NCBI GenBank assembly: GCA_028023455.1
Contig: JAQFVV010000002.1
Coordinates: 21,700,001-21,764,000 of the forward strand
Length of the DNA: 64,000 nucleotides
Direction of reading: 5' to 3'
Source: Epiperipatus broadwayi
Taxonomy: Eukaryota > Animalia > Onychophora
Both the position numbers and the translations under genes were made by a program. The notes beneath the pieces are model-generated. The model had not been told where the DNA came from, searched no databases, and saw only the letters and a list, made by a program, of their open reading frames with translations. Positions 1 through 12,200 of this stretch are shown here, one piece after another; position 1 is the stretch's first letter; each line of letters begins with the position of its first letter.

Positions 1-139
1 GTGTGTTAAGATGAAGAATTTCATGGGCTACCTCTATAAATGATATGTCATCTAGGTTCATCCACACATGAATTATAGATGTAACACACTGATATTTTAC
101 CTGTATCACAGTGATTATCAAATAGGTAATGAATATTAT

Positions 140-430
140 TTAAAAATTGATTGTAGATGTGCTATAAGTATTGATATATAAAGATTGAATGTTTCATCAA
201 CTGAAAACAGGTACAAAAAAATTTAAAACTATAAAAATGTGAAGAAATGAATATGATTATATGCAGCTAAAGATCATTTATTATCATCCGCAGATTCACA
301 TCATGCTACGACTACAGATTATAATACTACTTTCCCTAAACCAAGATTCTATCCAAATGTGACACTCTCCACCAATGTAAAATTGGAGAAGCTATTGAGA
401 TTCTTAAGAGGCCAAAATTGTATCAACAAA
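140..430 (+). mobile_element. Degraded Penelope-like element, GIY-YIG endonuclease C-terminal remnant
   Basis: From 340 the + strand reads TKILSKCDTLHQCKIGEAIEILKRP, matching the PLE endonuclease C-terminal pattern (T-x-IL...R-K-I-x-EAIEI). Flanking frames are broken. Confidence 0.45.
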
Positions 431-979
431 CATTCTTAAACTATTTTCTATTTCCATAGAGTTCTTTAAAGCCCGTTAATCTGAATAGCTATTTAATTTT
501 TTTATTCCCCTCCCCCTTTTATATTTTTAAAATTTCCTGTATGTTTTTGATAGGTAAAACTTTCAAATTTTGTTATACAACAATAATTGCAGCATCTCTA
601 TCTCTGTTTTCAAATAATATTTATTACTTGGTTGATAGGTGATGTGACTCAGCCAAAATATCAATGTGTTACTACTCTAAATCATACATGAATGAACCAG
701 GGAAATTCATCATTTATATATACATATGTAAAGAGAAACAATGAATTTCTATTACTATAAATAACATAAAAATACTGTAATAGAAAACAAAGCTTAAAAT
801 TAATTTAAACAAAGTATAGTTTCATATGTTAATAGTAAGAAACAAAGTCATACATCATGTGACTTAATTAGCCTGTATTTACAAATGTAATATAACAAGC
901 ATGCTAATAGCTTTAAACAGCTTTTCAATACATCTCACAAGAGAAAGCATTTAAAATCTCTATTTAGAATTATTCCTAT

Positions 980-1019
980 CCCCAAATCAGTTTCAAGCTA
1001 ATGGCTCTCATCAGTGAGA
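980..1019 (-). ncRNA. Minimal type-I hammerhead ribozyme, degenerate helix III/cleavage site
   Basis: Minus strand: TCTCA-CTGATGA-GAGC-catta-GCTT-GAAAC-TGATT-TGGGG. Core and helix II intact; ACTAGTC of related copies is replaced by ACTGATT. Confidence 0.6.
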
Positions 1020-1275
1020 CACTATTACACTCTCAGACACTAGATTTAAAATACAAACTCAAGCTCAGCATTTATTGAATACTTAAATATAACATTGTCA
1101 AAATTTTAAAAGCCAAACTATAATAGTAAAGAATCAAAGTTGTACATCATGTGACTTAATTAGCTTATATTTACAAATATAATATAACGAGCATGCTAAT
1201 AATCCATATACAAGCTTTTTTCAATAAATGCCACAAGAGAAAGCATTTAAAATCTCTATTTAGAATTATCCCTAT

Positions 1276-1314
1276 CTCCAAACAGGTTTCAAGTTAATGC
1301 TCTCATCAGTGAGG
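1276..1314 (-). ncRNA. Minimal type-I hammerhead ribozyme, degenerate
   Basis: Minus strand: CCTCA-CTGATGA-GAGC-attaa-CTT-GAAAC-CT-GTT-TGGAG. Confidence 0.55.
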
Positions 1315-2149
1315 CTAACGATTGCTAAAAATCTTTCTGATTTATCACATGTTCATTTTAAACAGTAAACCAAGCCTTCTTAATCTTTTACATCCTATCA
1401 TTTCTTTGCAAATCATATTAACAATACCAACTTCAAATCCATAGCTATATTCCTTTTTATATAAAATACTGATGCCTATATTAAATTAGTTTTAGCTTTT
1501 TTGTACATAATTAAATGCCACACTATTCTTGTCCTCAAATTTGCTTTAATTTCACCTTAGAAAATATATGGACATTCTAATTGATTATACCCATTGATCA
1601 GTCGAATTTATCTCCTTTATCTTTTGTATTAATGTTCAACCTATTCAAATTTATAGAATTCTAAAGACAATATTGACCGTAACCACATATATTCAAATTT
1701 TATTTTCAATACACAGTGCATATAGTTTCACTATCCATTTCTTAATCATTTTCACCTTTTCCATTCTCATATATAATATTTCTTTTAAAATGTTCAACAT
1801 ACTATATACATCAGTTATACACTAACAGCAGATTTTATTATATTAGAAATATAAATTACCAAATTGTTAAATTGGTCAGTTCAAACTTACATAACGGTTA
1901 TTTTGACACAAAATGTGCTCTCAAACCTATGAATTTATGTGATATTGATACTTTAGATTAATATATATGAAATTTAAATTGAAGACACAAAATTCCACAC
2001 TAACACATTAATAAATAAAAAATAACATATATGTGCTGCTCTAACTTGAAGCATTTTCTCTCAATTCACAATAGAAGACATGAAAAAAATCTGGTTTCTG
2101 AAGGTTAATCACATGTGATGAACAAAAATTCACAATAGAATTTTTTTTA

Positions 2150-3528
2150 GCAAAGTTATATACCAAATGTCTAAATGATAAAGATGTACCAGGTGATTGG
2201 AAGAATGCAGTATTAATAATAATATTTTAAAAAGGTGATAAAGAAGATATTAGAAATTATAGACCTATCAGTCTTTATCAGTTTTATACAAAATTTTTAC
2301 TAAGATAATTACAACTCGTCTACAGAAAACATTGGATTTCCACCAACCAAGAGAACAAGCTGGATTTAAAAATGGTTTTAGTACAGTAGATCATATCCAG
2401 GTAATGAGAGAAGTTATAGAAAAGACAAATAAATATGAGTTGCCATTGTGTTTTGGATTTGTAGATTAGGAAAAGGCATTGATTCTATAAACATTTGTTC
2501 AGTGATTAAAGCATTGGATCATCAAGTTATAGATCCAGGATATTGTCATATTTTAAAGAATATTTATAAAAATGCAACAGCAACAATTAGATTACATAAG
2601 GATACTGAGAAAATCAACATTGAGAAGGGTGTAAGACAGGGTGACTTTATATCTCCAAAACTTTTTACAGGAGTGCTGCAAAAGTATTTTGTGGATTAAA
2701 ATGGGAAGCTAAAGAAGTGAAAGTAAATGGGGATTATTTAAGTAATTTAGATTTTTTAGATGATGTAGTTGTTTTTGCAAATAATGCTTTAGAGCTACAG
2801 TAAATGTTGCAGAAATTATCAGATGAAAGTAGGACTAAAGATAAATGTTAAAAAGACTAAAATAATGTTTAAGGGTTTTTCTCAAAATATGAAAATAAAG
2901 ATTGAATATGATGAGTTAGAAGAAGTTAACAGTTGCAAATACCTTAGTCAGATGATTAATACAGATGGAAATATAATGGATAAAATTAATCATAGAATTA
3001 AACTTGGTTGGGGTGCTTTTGGTAGAAATAACTTGATACTAAAAGGAAATATGCCTATGTGTTTGAAAAGAAAGGTTTTTAATAAATGTGTTTTACCAGT
3101 TCTTACTTTTGGGTCTGAGACTTGGACTCTTAATAGAAGAGCAATACAGAAAATTCAGGCCACTCAAAGAAGTATGTAGAGATGCATGTTGGGAGTAACA
3201 AGAAGAGATTGAAAATGCAATATATGGGTAAGAGAACAAACAGGTGTTACTGACCTCATTGAAAAAATTAAAAAACTGAAGTGGAGTTGTTCTGGACATA
3301 TTGCTAGAATAGGTGATAATAGATGGACAATTGAAATCTTAAATGGAATTCCAAGAAATTGTAAAAGACCCAGAAAGAGACCTTATGTGAGATAGATGGA
3401 TGAAATAAGAAAGTGTGCAGGTGTGATGTGGAGAAGAGAACCTAAAGATCTGAGAAGATGGAGTGAAATTGGAGAGGCCTTCATCCTGCAGTAAATTGAT
3501 AATGGTTGATGATAATGATGATGATGAT
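2150..3528 (+). mobile_element. 5'-truncated RTE-clade LINE (RT domain to 3' end), pseudogenised
   Basis: Reads [75 protein letters not shown] across stops and frameshifts; ends in a (GAT)n tail at 3511-3528. Confidence 0.9.
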
Positions 3529-5200
3529 ACCTGTATAGTAAATGTAATTGACAATAGATTTACTAGTGCAGTTTCAAACTCTATTTCTAAACAGAAAGTA
3601 ATCAACCATTTATGCAACTTTTATAAATAACTATAGGTAGATTTTATTTTATTCTAATTCAAAACTATCTTTAAGATCATTACCTTTTCTCTAAAATAAA
3701 AAACCAGTTCTTTCATACCCCACATGCATTTTAGCTAAGCTTTTAAGTTGAAGCATGAAAAGAATTGAGACTTAGCAACAAATTAACCTATGATTTGCTG
3801 CAAAAATCAGGAAAGAATATTGAACCTTTTAAAAATTAATTGCCATTAAATATGAGGTATAATACTTATTTATTTAAAAAGGAAAGAATAAAAGTTGCAA
3901 TATATAAATGCCGGCCATTTAATATAAAAAATAAAAATATTAAACTTGATTAAATTAATAGTAAAAAAAGTTTATATTAGTTATTTAAATTTTGCAAAAA
4001 AAACAAATATCGAATGAAATTAAAAATATTTAATAATATTTAATATTTAGTAATTAAAAATATTTTTAATTACTAAAATAAAATTAGCTATGAATGTAAT
4101 TGCTATATACGTGTATAATAATTAATAAGTTTTGTTAAAATAAGTTATAAGTATATAAAAATTAATGTTTTATTAAATAAGTTTTTTTAGATAAAATAGA
4201 CAGGAATTTTGTAATTAAATTTGGTACGCTATTAAAGATAAGCGCTTCAGATTAGAAACTAATTAAGCAGCTAGATTAAAAGTGCTGATTACTAAAAGTA
4301 GACAATAGCTGAGAATTAATTGGTTTCTAAAACATTCCTTAACAAGAGAAAAGGAACAAAGGATAACTAAGCAGCACTTGTAGCGGGGAACTCATTGAAT
4401 GCACACGAAAGTCAAGAGTTTTAACTTAGCAATGGAACAAACCCAGTGAACTCCACCACTGAAGGTTAAAAAGTGGACCTAGGAACTTTGCAGGCCACAC
4501 CGGTCTAAATTATGTTTTTCTTATGCCTTCATGGCCAGAGTTCGTAAGTTAAACTTAATTGTCATATAACTATATATGTAATATTATTTATCTGACTGAT
4601 AATTCTATTAAACTATTTGTCTAATCATTTGGTTTCTGCTGTCTATTTACCTGATTGTTAAGCCGAGTGAGTGGCTGTACACAGCAGTAATATTTATGGT
4701 GTAAATTTTAATTAATAGCATTATGTTTTAAATGTTAGATTTAACAATTTCTAATCTTTATTATCTACGAACTATAAAAGTAAAATCAAGTAGATATGTT
4801 GAAAACAATTAAGAAAACACTGTATATTAAAAAATTCTATTGAGAAAGTAATTGAAGAGAAAAGATATAGTGACACATTCAAAGTATAAATATGAGTTAA
4901 TGTTTATTTAGCCTCACTTTGATAAGAAATTCAATGCCCCACTTCCAATAGTTGCTCAAATATATATCATAATTTGAGATTAACCTATTGCAATTGTTTT
5001 TTAAACATATAATTGAATAATCCTTCAGTTACAGCAAATGTCAATGTATTTTTTTTATATAAATATTAAAAAGATACCTCTTTAATTGTATTTATATATT
5101 AGACTATTTCTATTATCTAGTATTGAATAGAAAAATTTAACTTTATTTAAATTTTCAAAGTACATTCATCTGTTAATAATAGCACACAGGTTAGTATATG

Positions 5201-5243
5201 CACAACATTTTGAAAGGAATTACTCTCCTTTCTTCTTCAGATG
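5201..5243 (-). ncRNA. PLE-type minimal hammerhead ribozyme (family A), CpG-decayed
   Basis: Minus: CAT-CTGAAGA-A-GAAAGG-agagtaatt-CCTTTC-AAAAT-GTT-GTG; 6-bp helix II is perfect; differs from C-GAAAC-GTC-GTG only at CpG positions. Confidence 0.6.
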
Positions 5244-5267
5244 TTGCTGGCTTGACCAGTGACAGTA

Positions 5268-5349
5268 CTAGCATGGGAATTAAACCTGGGCCCTTAGATT
5301 CTTGAATACTGAATTTTAAGGTAACACTCTAACTGACAGCCATCCTGTC
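5268..5349 (-). other. tRNA-derived segment (A-box/B-box-like) inside the PLE family A terminal repeat
   Basis: Minus: GACAGGATGGCTGTCAGTTAGAGTG ... AATCTAAGGGCCCAGGTTTAATTCCCATG resembles tRNA D-arm and variable/T-arm sequence; the 34850-34970 copy has TAGCCTAGTTGATTAAAG and the 53170 copy TTCGATTCC. The anticodon region is over-long, so not a functional tRNA. Confidence 0.6.
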
Positions 5350-5799
5350 AAAGGCAACAATCTGTAGAAGTTTCATATATGTATCTAGGAGGTTCCTGCT
5401 GATTTATCCATTTTTTCCTAAAGACAAAGTTGATTAATGTATTGTCACATTAGGTTGACTTATGAAGATATTAATCATTGTCATGTGAGCAGTGTCTTTA
5501 AATCTTCTTTTTTGTACCACTTCCCCACTATCCGATATTTTTGTATTTTCCCAATTGAACATATGTTCATTGGTACATACATGGTATGCTATCTTGGGCA
5601 TGTATGTTTTCTCTTTTCTAATCATCAGTTTGTGCTCTTGTAGTCATTTTTCAATGGAGCAACTATTTCCATCAATATACATTCTTCCACATTCATATGG
5701 TATTTCATAGAATTTGTCTGCTATTTTTGGTGTATATGGGTATACTACAATAACAATAGTTAACATTCATATGGTATTTCATAGAATTTGTCTAATATC

Positions 5800-7511
5800 C
5801 CTTTATTAGATATAATGGTAGTTACTGAGGAAGTTACTTGAAAATTGTCTTTAGAAGAAGAAACAAAATTATGCTGGAGAATGAAATGAACTTGAGAAAC
5901 AATAAAAATTGAAGTCAATTATATCATATGATAAATGAAAAGCAATTAAATCTCTCAAAATAGACAAATCTATAATCATTCTCCCAGCTGACAAAGGCAG
6001 TGCAACAATTGTAATAGATAGAACTGATCATGAGAACAAAACACAAGAACTCTCACAGCAGGCCAATACAGAAAAGTGGCAAAACACCAATACTAAATAC
6101 AGTAACAAAATTACTCAGAAAGCATTGCAGGTTTTTCAGTGATTAAGGAAAAATATATGAATGTATTTCAATAAAATACCTCATCTTTATAGTCTACCTA
6201 AAATCCATAAAGTTCACATTCCATTGAGACCTATTATTAATTCTAGAAATTTACCTTGCCAAAATTTGTCAAGCTTTCTTTTCAGAATTCTTAGTTCTTT
6301 GGCATACAACACCCAGTCTTTTGTCAGGGATTGTAAACACTTTGTAAAATTAATCAAGAACATGACACTTGAAAGAAGTGACATACAAGTATCTTTGATG
6401 TGGAATGTTTATTCACAAATGTACCATGCAAAAAAGCATTATCTATTGTAAGAAAAAGACTAATTAATAATAAAACTTGCAAACCAGAACATCCCTTCCT
6501 ATTGATAGTATAATCAAACTATTAACATGTGGCATTACAAAAATCTACTTTCAATATAACACACAATTGTTCAAATGAAATTAAGCCATGGCTATGGATT
6601 TACCATTGTCATCCCAGATTAGCAATATTTACATGGAGGAATATGAAGCCACAGCCATAAAGACATCTCCATATCCACCTAATGCTTAGCTTCACTATGT
6701 TGATGCTACTTTTTTGTATGGCCACATGAGCACTTCTACAAACTTTCTGGAATCTTTTTCAAATAAATTCACAATAGAATCAGAACGAAAACACAAATTG
6801 ACATGTTTAGATGTTTTTGCGACAAGACTCTCATAGCAAAATCAAAACACTATAGTTCACAGAAAACACACCCATACAAGAAAATACTTAACATATACAT
6901 CCAATCATACCAGAAACACAAAACATGGAGTTATACTATCACTATAAAACACAGCAAAAGAAGTTTGTTCAGAAAACAGAAATTTGAAAAAAGAAAAGTT
7001 CCATATAGAACAAACTCTTATTAAAAAATGGTTATCCATCAGCTGTTATTAGAAAAACCTTAAACAAACAGCATAAAGAACCATCAAAAGAAGGAACAAT
7101 TATTGATACTATAGTACATCCATATATACCAAAAATAGACAATTTTTAAAAAAATCTGCAAAGACTATACCATCAGAACAGCTTTCCAAAGTCATAGTAC
7201 GCAACAAAGAATTCTAACATCTATAAAACCTAACAAAAACTTCATCTATGAAATACTATGTGAATGTGGAAAATGTACATTAGTGAGACCAGTCACCCTA
7301 GCTAGAGCACAAATTGGTGATTAGAAGAGAAAAAGCAGATTCTAAGGTAGCAGATCATTTATATGCCAATTAACATATGTTCAACTGGCAAAATATAATA
7401 TTGCATAGAAAGAAAAAGGTACAAAAAGAAAATTCAAAAAAGCTACTCACATGACAATGGTGTGTAACCCCTAAGTCAATCTAGTGTGATGATACATAAT
7501 GCATGGAAAAC
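5800..7511 (+). mobile_element. PLE family A body: reverse transcriptase + GIY-YIG endonuclease, pseudogenised
   Basis: IIILPADKG (5984), PHLYSLPKIHKVHIPLRPII, degraded AMG-x-PLS/NIYMEE, YVDATF (YVDD motif), FTIESE, VHRKHTHT, NGYP, IYEILCECG and a C-terminal ATHM. Many stops and frameshifts. Confidence 0.9.
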
Positions 7512-8390
7512 AATTTGTTTTCCCTTTTCTATTTTTTTCACTGTAATTTTGTCTTTCAATTTTACATATCTTTTCCTTAGCTCCTACCTATCTTTTTTTA
7601 TTTCTCCCTTGAATTCTCTGACTTCTCAGGATTCTCTCTAACACACTGTTATATCTGACAACATGTTTATTTAAATCTTCACATAAACAGACTCTGTCTG
7701 TTTGTTGGGGCAGCTGGTGATTGCTGCTAAAAATTGTTCATTCTTTAGCAATCTCAATAGCGTTTCTTACTGAATTTGTTTTCCTTTTTCTATTTTTTTC
7801 ACTATAATTTTGTCTTTCAATTTTACATATCTTTTCCTTAGCTCCTACCTATATTTTTTTATTTCTCCCTTCAATTCTCTGACTTCTCAGGATTCTCTCT
7901 AACACACTGTTATATCTGACAACATGTTTATTTAAATCTTCACATAGGCAGACTCTATCTGTTTGTTGGGGCAGCTGGTGATTGCTGCTAAAAATTGTTT
8001 GTTCTTTAGCAATCTCAATAGCATTTCTTACTGAATTTGTTTTCCTTTTTCTATTTTTTTCACTGTAATTTTGTCTTTCAATTTTACATATCTTTTCCTT
8101 AGCTCCTACCTATCTTTTTTTATTTCTCCCTTCAATTCTCTGACTTCTCAGGATTCTCTCTAACACACTGTTATATCTGACAACATGTTTATTTAAATCT
8201 TCACATAGGCAGACTCTATCTGTTTGTTGGGGCAGCTGGTGATTGCTGCTAAAAATTGTTTGTTCTTTAGCAATCTCAATAGCATTTCTTACTGAATTTG
8301 TTTCCCTTTTTCTATTTTTTTCACTTTAATTTTTTCTAAAATTTTACATCTCTCTTTCTTACCTATTTTTCATTGTCTCTTTTCCTTTCA
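7512..8390. repeat. Tandem array, 261-bp period, about 3.4 units
   Basis: Unit starts at 7512, 7773, 8034 and 8295; units 1-3 are near-identical and the fourth diverges into the 3' end of the minus-strand ORF. Confidence 0.95.
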
Positions 8391-9128
8391 ATCACTGCCT
8401 TTATATTCTACTAGCTTTATATAATGTAACCTGTTCTTAATCTCCACATAATATCCATCCCTAATATTTCTCCTGTATACCCACTCCCCCATTCTAAAAA
8501 AATACTGTAGCTGCTGTTTTCGAGTTACATGAAAAATGTGAGGTATATAGCTGCCTACAAATTTCTTCTGCTCAGAAACTGTTCTAGGTTTGTCAAAGGC
8601 CTCTATCTTTAAAAATGTAATAGCTTGCTGTAACAGGGGTTCCTCCTTCATATTTAGATTGTGCAACATAACTTTATAGATATCAAACATACCTGTCACA
8701 TTCTCGTATTTGGCTACCATCTGTAAACATTTTCCCCATCTCTCCTGATCAATTATAACATTTGCCATATCCTGTTCTGATCTCATTCTATTTGCCAACT
8801 TACTGGGAAGTCTCCCTATCCTTAGAATAGCCTCAAATATATATACAAATGGAAAAGTACTGACCCATTTCTCCTCTAAAAATATACTACTACTCATGGA
8901 TAATACTTTAAATGCATACTTGCTTTTTATAAACCTACCTGAAGAGAAAAACCTCTTCACAAAATATTTCCAGAGTCCCACTCTAATACGCTTTCCTAAC
9001 AACATACACATTTCTCCAAATCTAAAAAATAGAATATTAGGTGTATTAATTTTATGTGAAAATGAATTGGTTAAGTATTTACAAAATGTATTACATAATA
9101 GTGTTTTGAAATTCCAAAGAACAGATTT
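8388..9128 (-). CDS. Unrecognised ORF, 246 codons stop-to-stop (207 aa from the ATG at 9011)
   Basis: The frame stays open 39 codons upstream of the annotated ATG, to a TAA at 9131-9129. Such a long open frame is very unlikely by chance in AT-rich DNA. No family recognised. Confidence 0.6.
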   Translation of the reverse strand, partial: KSVLWNFKTLLCNTFCKYLTNSFSHKINTPNILFFRFGEMCMLLGKRIRVGLWKYFVKRFFSSGRFIKSKYAFKVLSMSSSIFLEEKWVSTFPFVYIFEAILRIGRLPSKLANRMRSEQDMANVIIDQERWGKCLQMVAKYENVTGMFDIYKVMLHNLNMKEEPLLQQAITFLKIEAFDKPRTVSEQKKFVGSYIPHIFHVTRKQQLQYFFRMGEWVYRRNIRDGYYVEIKNRLHYIKLVEYKGSD

Positions 9129-9193
9129 TTAATCATATTACTAACTAACAAACTATCAAATATTATTGGCTAAGCTGCAGAAGAAATAATAGG

Positions 9194-9195
<2 letters not shown>

Positions 9196-9226
<31 letters not shown>
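9196..9226. repeat. (TA)n microsatellite
   Basis: Direct reading; lies a few bases left of the large inverted repeat. Confidence 0.95.
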
Positions 9227-9230
<4 letters not shown>

Positions 9231-9231
9231 C

Positions 9232-12200
9232 CTTTTGAATAGGCACAAGAAACCAATTGTAATTAAATAGCATTGCATCAGTAAGAACTGGTTGCATCTA
9301 ACAAATAAAAATGAAATAACCTGAAATTTTAAAACAAAAAATTCATTAATAATTTAAAACTCTGTTTAGAAACCACTTGTAGGTATTATTTGAAAATTTT
9401 GAGATATTTAGTATTTTTCTTTGGTGAATATTTAATGACAGAAAGGGGGTGGCTTGTCATAGAAATTGTTAGTGTATAGTTTAAATTGATCCAAGTTTGT
9501 ATTATTTGTCTTAAGGACAGTGTTGATATTTATTTTGGTGTATTTCTGGTTTATTTGCTCAATATCTCAATCCATAGTGTAATAAATGCAGTATATTTGG
9601 CTCATTGTCATAGGAACTTTTATTTGAGCCAGACTGGTTTAGTACTTGTAGTGCAGCATGTGTGTGCTGTATGTTTCTGCCATCTTCAACTTCATTTTGA
9701 TTCACATACTTAATTAAACTACCAAATATTACTTCACAGTAAAATATTTAATTTCACAGTCAATATCTTGAACAAACATACTATCAATTATTTTATTTGC
9801 TAATATAATTATCTTCTTTATTACTTTAGAAATATAGAATATTTCTACTTAATTTTTTTTTTTTAAAACAAATTTTTTTTTTCCAGAGAAAAGGTTGTTG
9901 CATATTTGCAACTAATTATCTCAGTGCAGTAGGAGGGATTGACCTTTGTTAAAGTTGAACTTTTGAGTGATCATTGATTGGTGGAAGAAATAGATGGCTA
10001 AGTAATAATCAGATATAAAAGGGAGGTACTTTACAAGAAATTTGGCTTTTTCTTTTATTACAACAATTCTTTCTACACAAAAGGTTTTATTTCTACAATT
10101 TTCTTTCTACAAGTTGGTTCTTCCATAATCAAGTGGCTGAGATTCAATTCAAACTCAAAAGTACAAATTTTATATTATTTTTTGTATGAAAATAGTTAAA
10201 AAATTTCTTGGGAAGATAAAGACTAGTATGGAGCATAAACAATTTTAAAAACAAGGTACATCTTTCTCTATATTTCCAATTGACTAATTTAGATTTAAAA
10301 TCATTTGGAATGCATATGTGTGTCTATGTTTCAAATTTGATTTGTCTAATTTTAATCTCTAATATTAAAGAAATAATTGGAAGATGTGAATTTTGCTGTT
10401 ATTCTGGAAAGTTTATGCAGAACATTTTTATAAAATATTTCAAGGACTCTGTATTAAAAATTTCTACTAGCTATAGAGAAGTTTAAATGGAAAGATGTAT
10501 GTGTATAACTTATTACAATATGCTTTATTATTGAACAAGTATACACTTAACCATTTGCATCTCTATAATAAAGGAACACAATGCATGACATATATAATTA
10601 ATGAACCCCTAAATCATTTAAATATGCTTATAACTAAATGAGTGAAAGAGCATGAATACTAGATATGAACATTTTTGTTTTTTGTTCTCTTTGTTTTTAC
10701 TGATTTGGTATTAAAATATATTATCAATAAACTTATGGAGACCTAAGTGGATATTATGAATTAATTAGCTATTGCCTGATGGATGATATTTGATAATTTA
10801 GCACAAGTTGCTTGATAAATGTAAACAGTAAACTATTACCAAATCTGCAGTAATAAATATTTATTATAGAATACTCGATATTGTCGGCAATTAAGTTTGT
10901 TATTGCTAAGAACTTTTGAAATGCTCTTTAATTAGTTCTAAATGCATATATGTTTGACCTGTAGGAAATTGTTTTGTGTCTAGTAACACCTATTGCTTTA
11001 CAATTTTCATCATCATTTTCATATGTGACCAAGATGTGTTATTTATGAACTGTGCAAATGAACTATTATGTTCCAGCTAAAAGAAGATTTAATGATTTTT
11101 TTGTTGTTAGCATATGATACATAGGTAGACTAATTATTTGTTATATATTATTATTATTATTCAATTATTATTTCTTTCTTCAAGAACATCTCAGAAAAGT
11201 ATAATATGAAGAAGTATTATACTGGGTAATTAGTTATTATTTTAATATAATTTTTATTGTATACATGTATTTCTATATGCGTATGTTGGCAATAGAAATA
11301 TCTGTCTACTATTAGCAAGCTAGCAACTAATTTTAAGAAGGGGTAAATGCATAAAAATTATTATTTTATCTTTGCATTTTCAGAAGTTATGACATCCATT
11401 TCTTAATAATTATTTTGCTTTAAATTTAAAAGATTTGTAGTTCATCACAAATCATATTTTTATTTCAATTTATCAGTTAATATTAAATACATAAAAGCAC
11501 TGTTTTACCATTGCCTTGCTAGAAGGATGGGGTTTGTTTAGTAGTAACTATTATATTTCAAATTTAAAATATTTAGAATAACAAACTTAATTGCTGACAA
11601 TATCGAGTATTCTATAATAAATATTTATTACTGCAGATTTGGTAATAGTTTACTGTTTACATTTATCAAGCAACTTGTGCTAAATTATCAAATATAATCC
11701 ATCAGGCAATAGCTAATTAATTCATAATATTCACTTAGGTCTTCATAAGTTTATTGATAATATATTTTAATACCAAATCAGTAAAAACAAAGAGAACAAA
11801 AAACAAAAATGTTCATATCTAGTATTCATGCTCTTCCACTCATTTAGTTATAAGCATATTTAAATGATTTAGGGGTTCATTAATTATATATGTCATGCAT
11901 TGTGTTCCTTTATTATAGAGATGCAAATGGTTAAGTGTATACTTGTTCAATAATAAAGCATATTGTAATAAGTTATACACATACATCTTTCCATTTAAAC
12001 TTCTCTATAGCTAGTAGAAATTTTTAATACAGAGTCCTTGAAATATTTTCTAAAAAGTTCTGCATAAACTTTCCAGAATAACAGCAAAATTCACATCTTC
12101 CAATTATTTCTTTAATATTAGAGATTAAAATTAGACAAATCAAATTTGAAACATAGACACACATATGCATTCCAAATGATTTTAAATCTAAATTAGTCAA

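Larger units (their letters stand above)
831..1315 (-). repeat. Two direct copies (831-1020, 1121-1315) of a ~190-bp hammerhead-headed unit, 290 bp apart
   Basis: Copies align by eye along most of their length (e.g. TACATCATGTGACTTAATTAGC, CACAAGAGAAAGCATTTAAAATCTCTATTTAGAATTA). Each starts, on the minus strand, with an HHR motif. Confidence 0.8.
5125..5796 (-). mobile_element. PLE family A: inverted 3' partial copy (GIY-YIG end + terminal repeat with tRNA-like segment and HHR)
   Basis: Minus strand reads FYEIPYECG and KIAYHVCTNEHMFNWENTKI...KRRFKDTAHM. Its 3' region aligns with 35780-36145 (+), 34750-35086 (-) and 53135-53335 (+). Sits head-to-head with the + strand body at 5800. Confidence 0.8.

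Noticed and set aside
4096-4700. Possible solo LTR (TGT...ACA, internal GTAAGT)
   Set aside because: No TSD, second copy, PBS or PPT found; left unresolved.
7512-8390. 261-bp array as a CRISPR array or HHR multimer (CTGGTGA-TTGCT...AGCAA)
   Set aside because: No unique spacers or cas genes; no GAAA core after the putative helix II.
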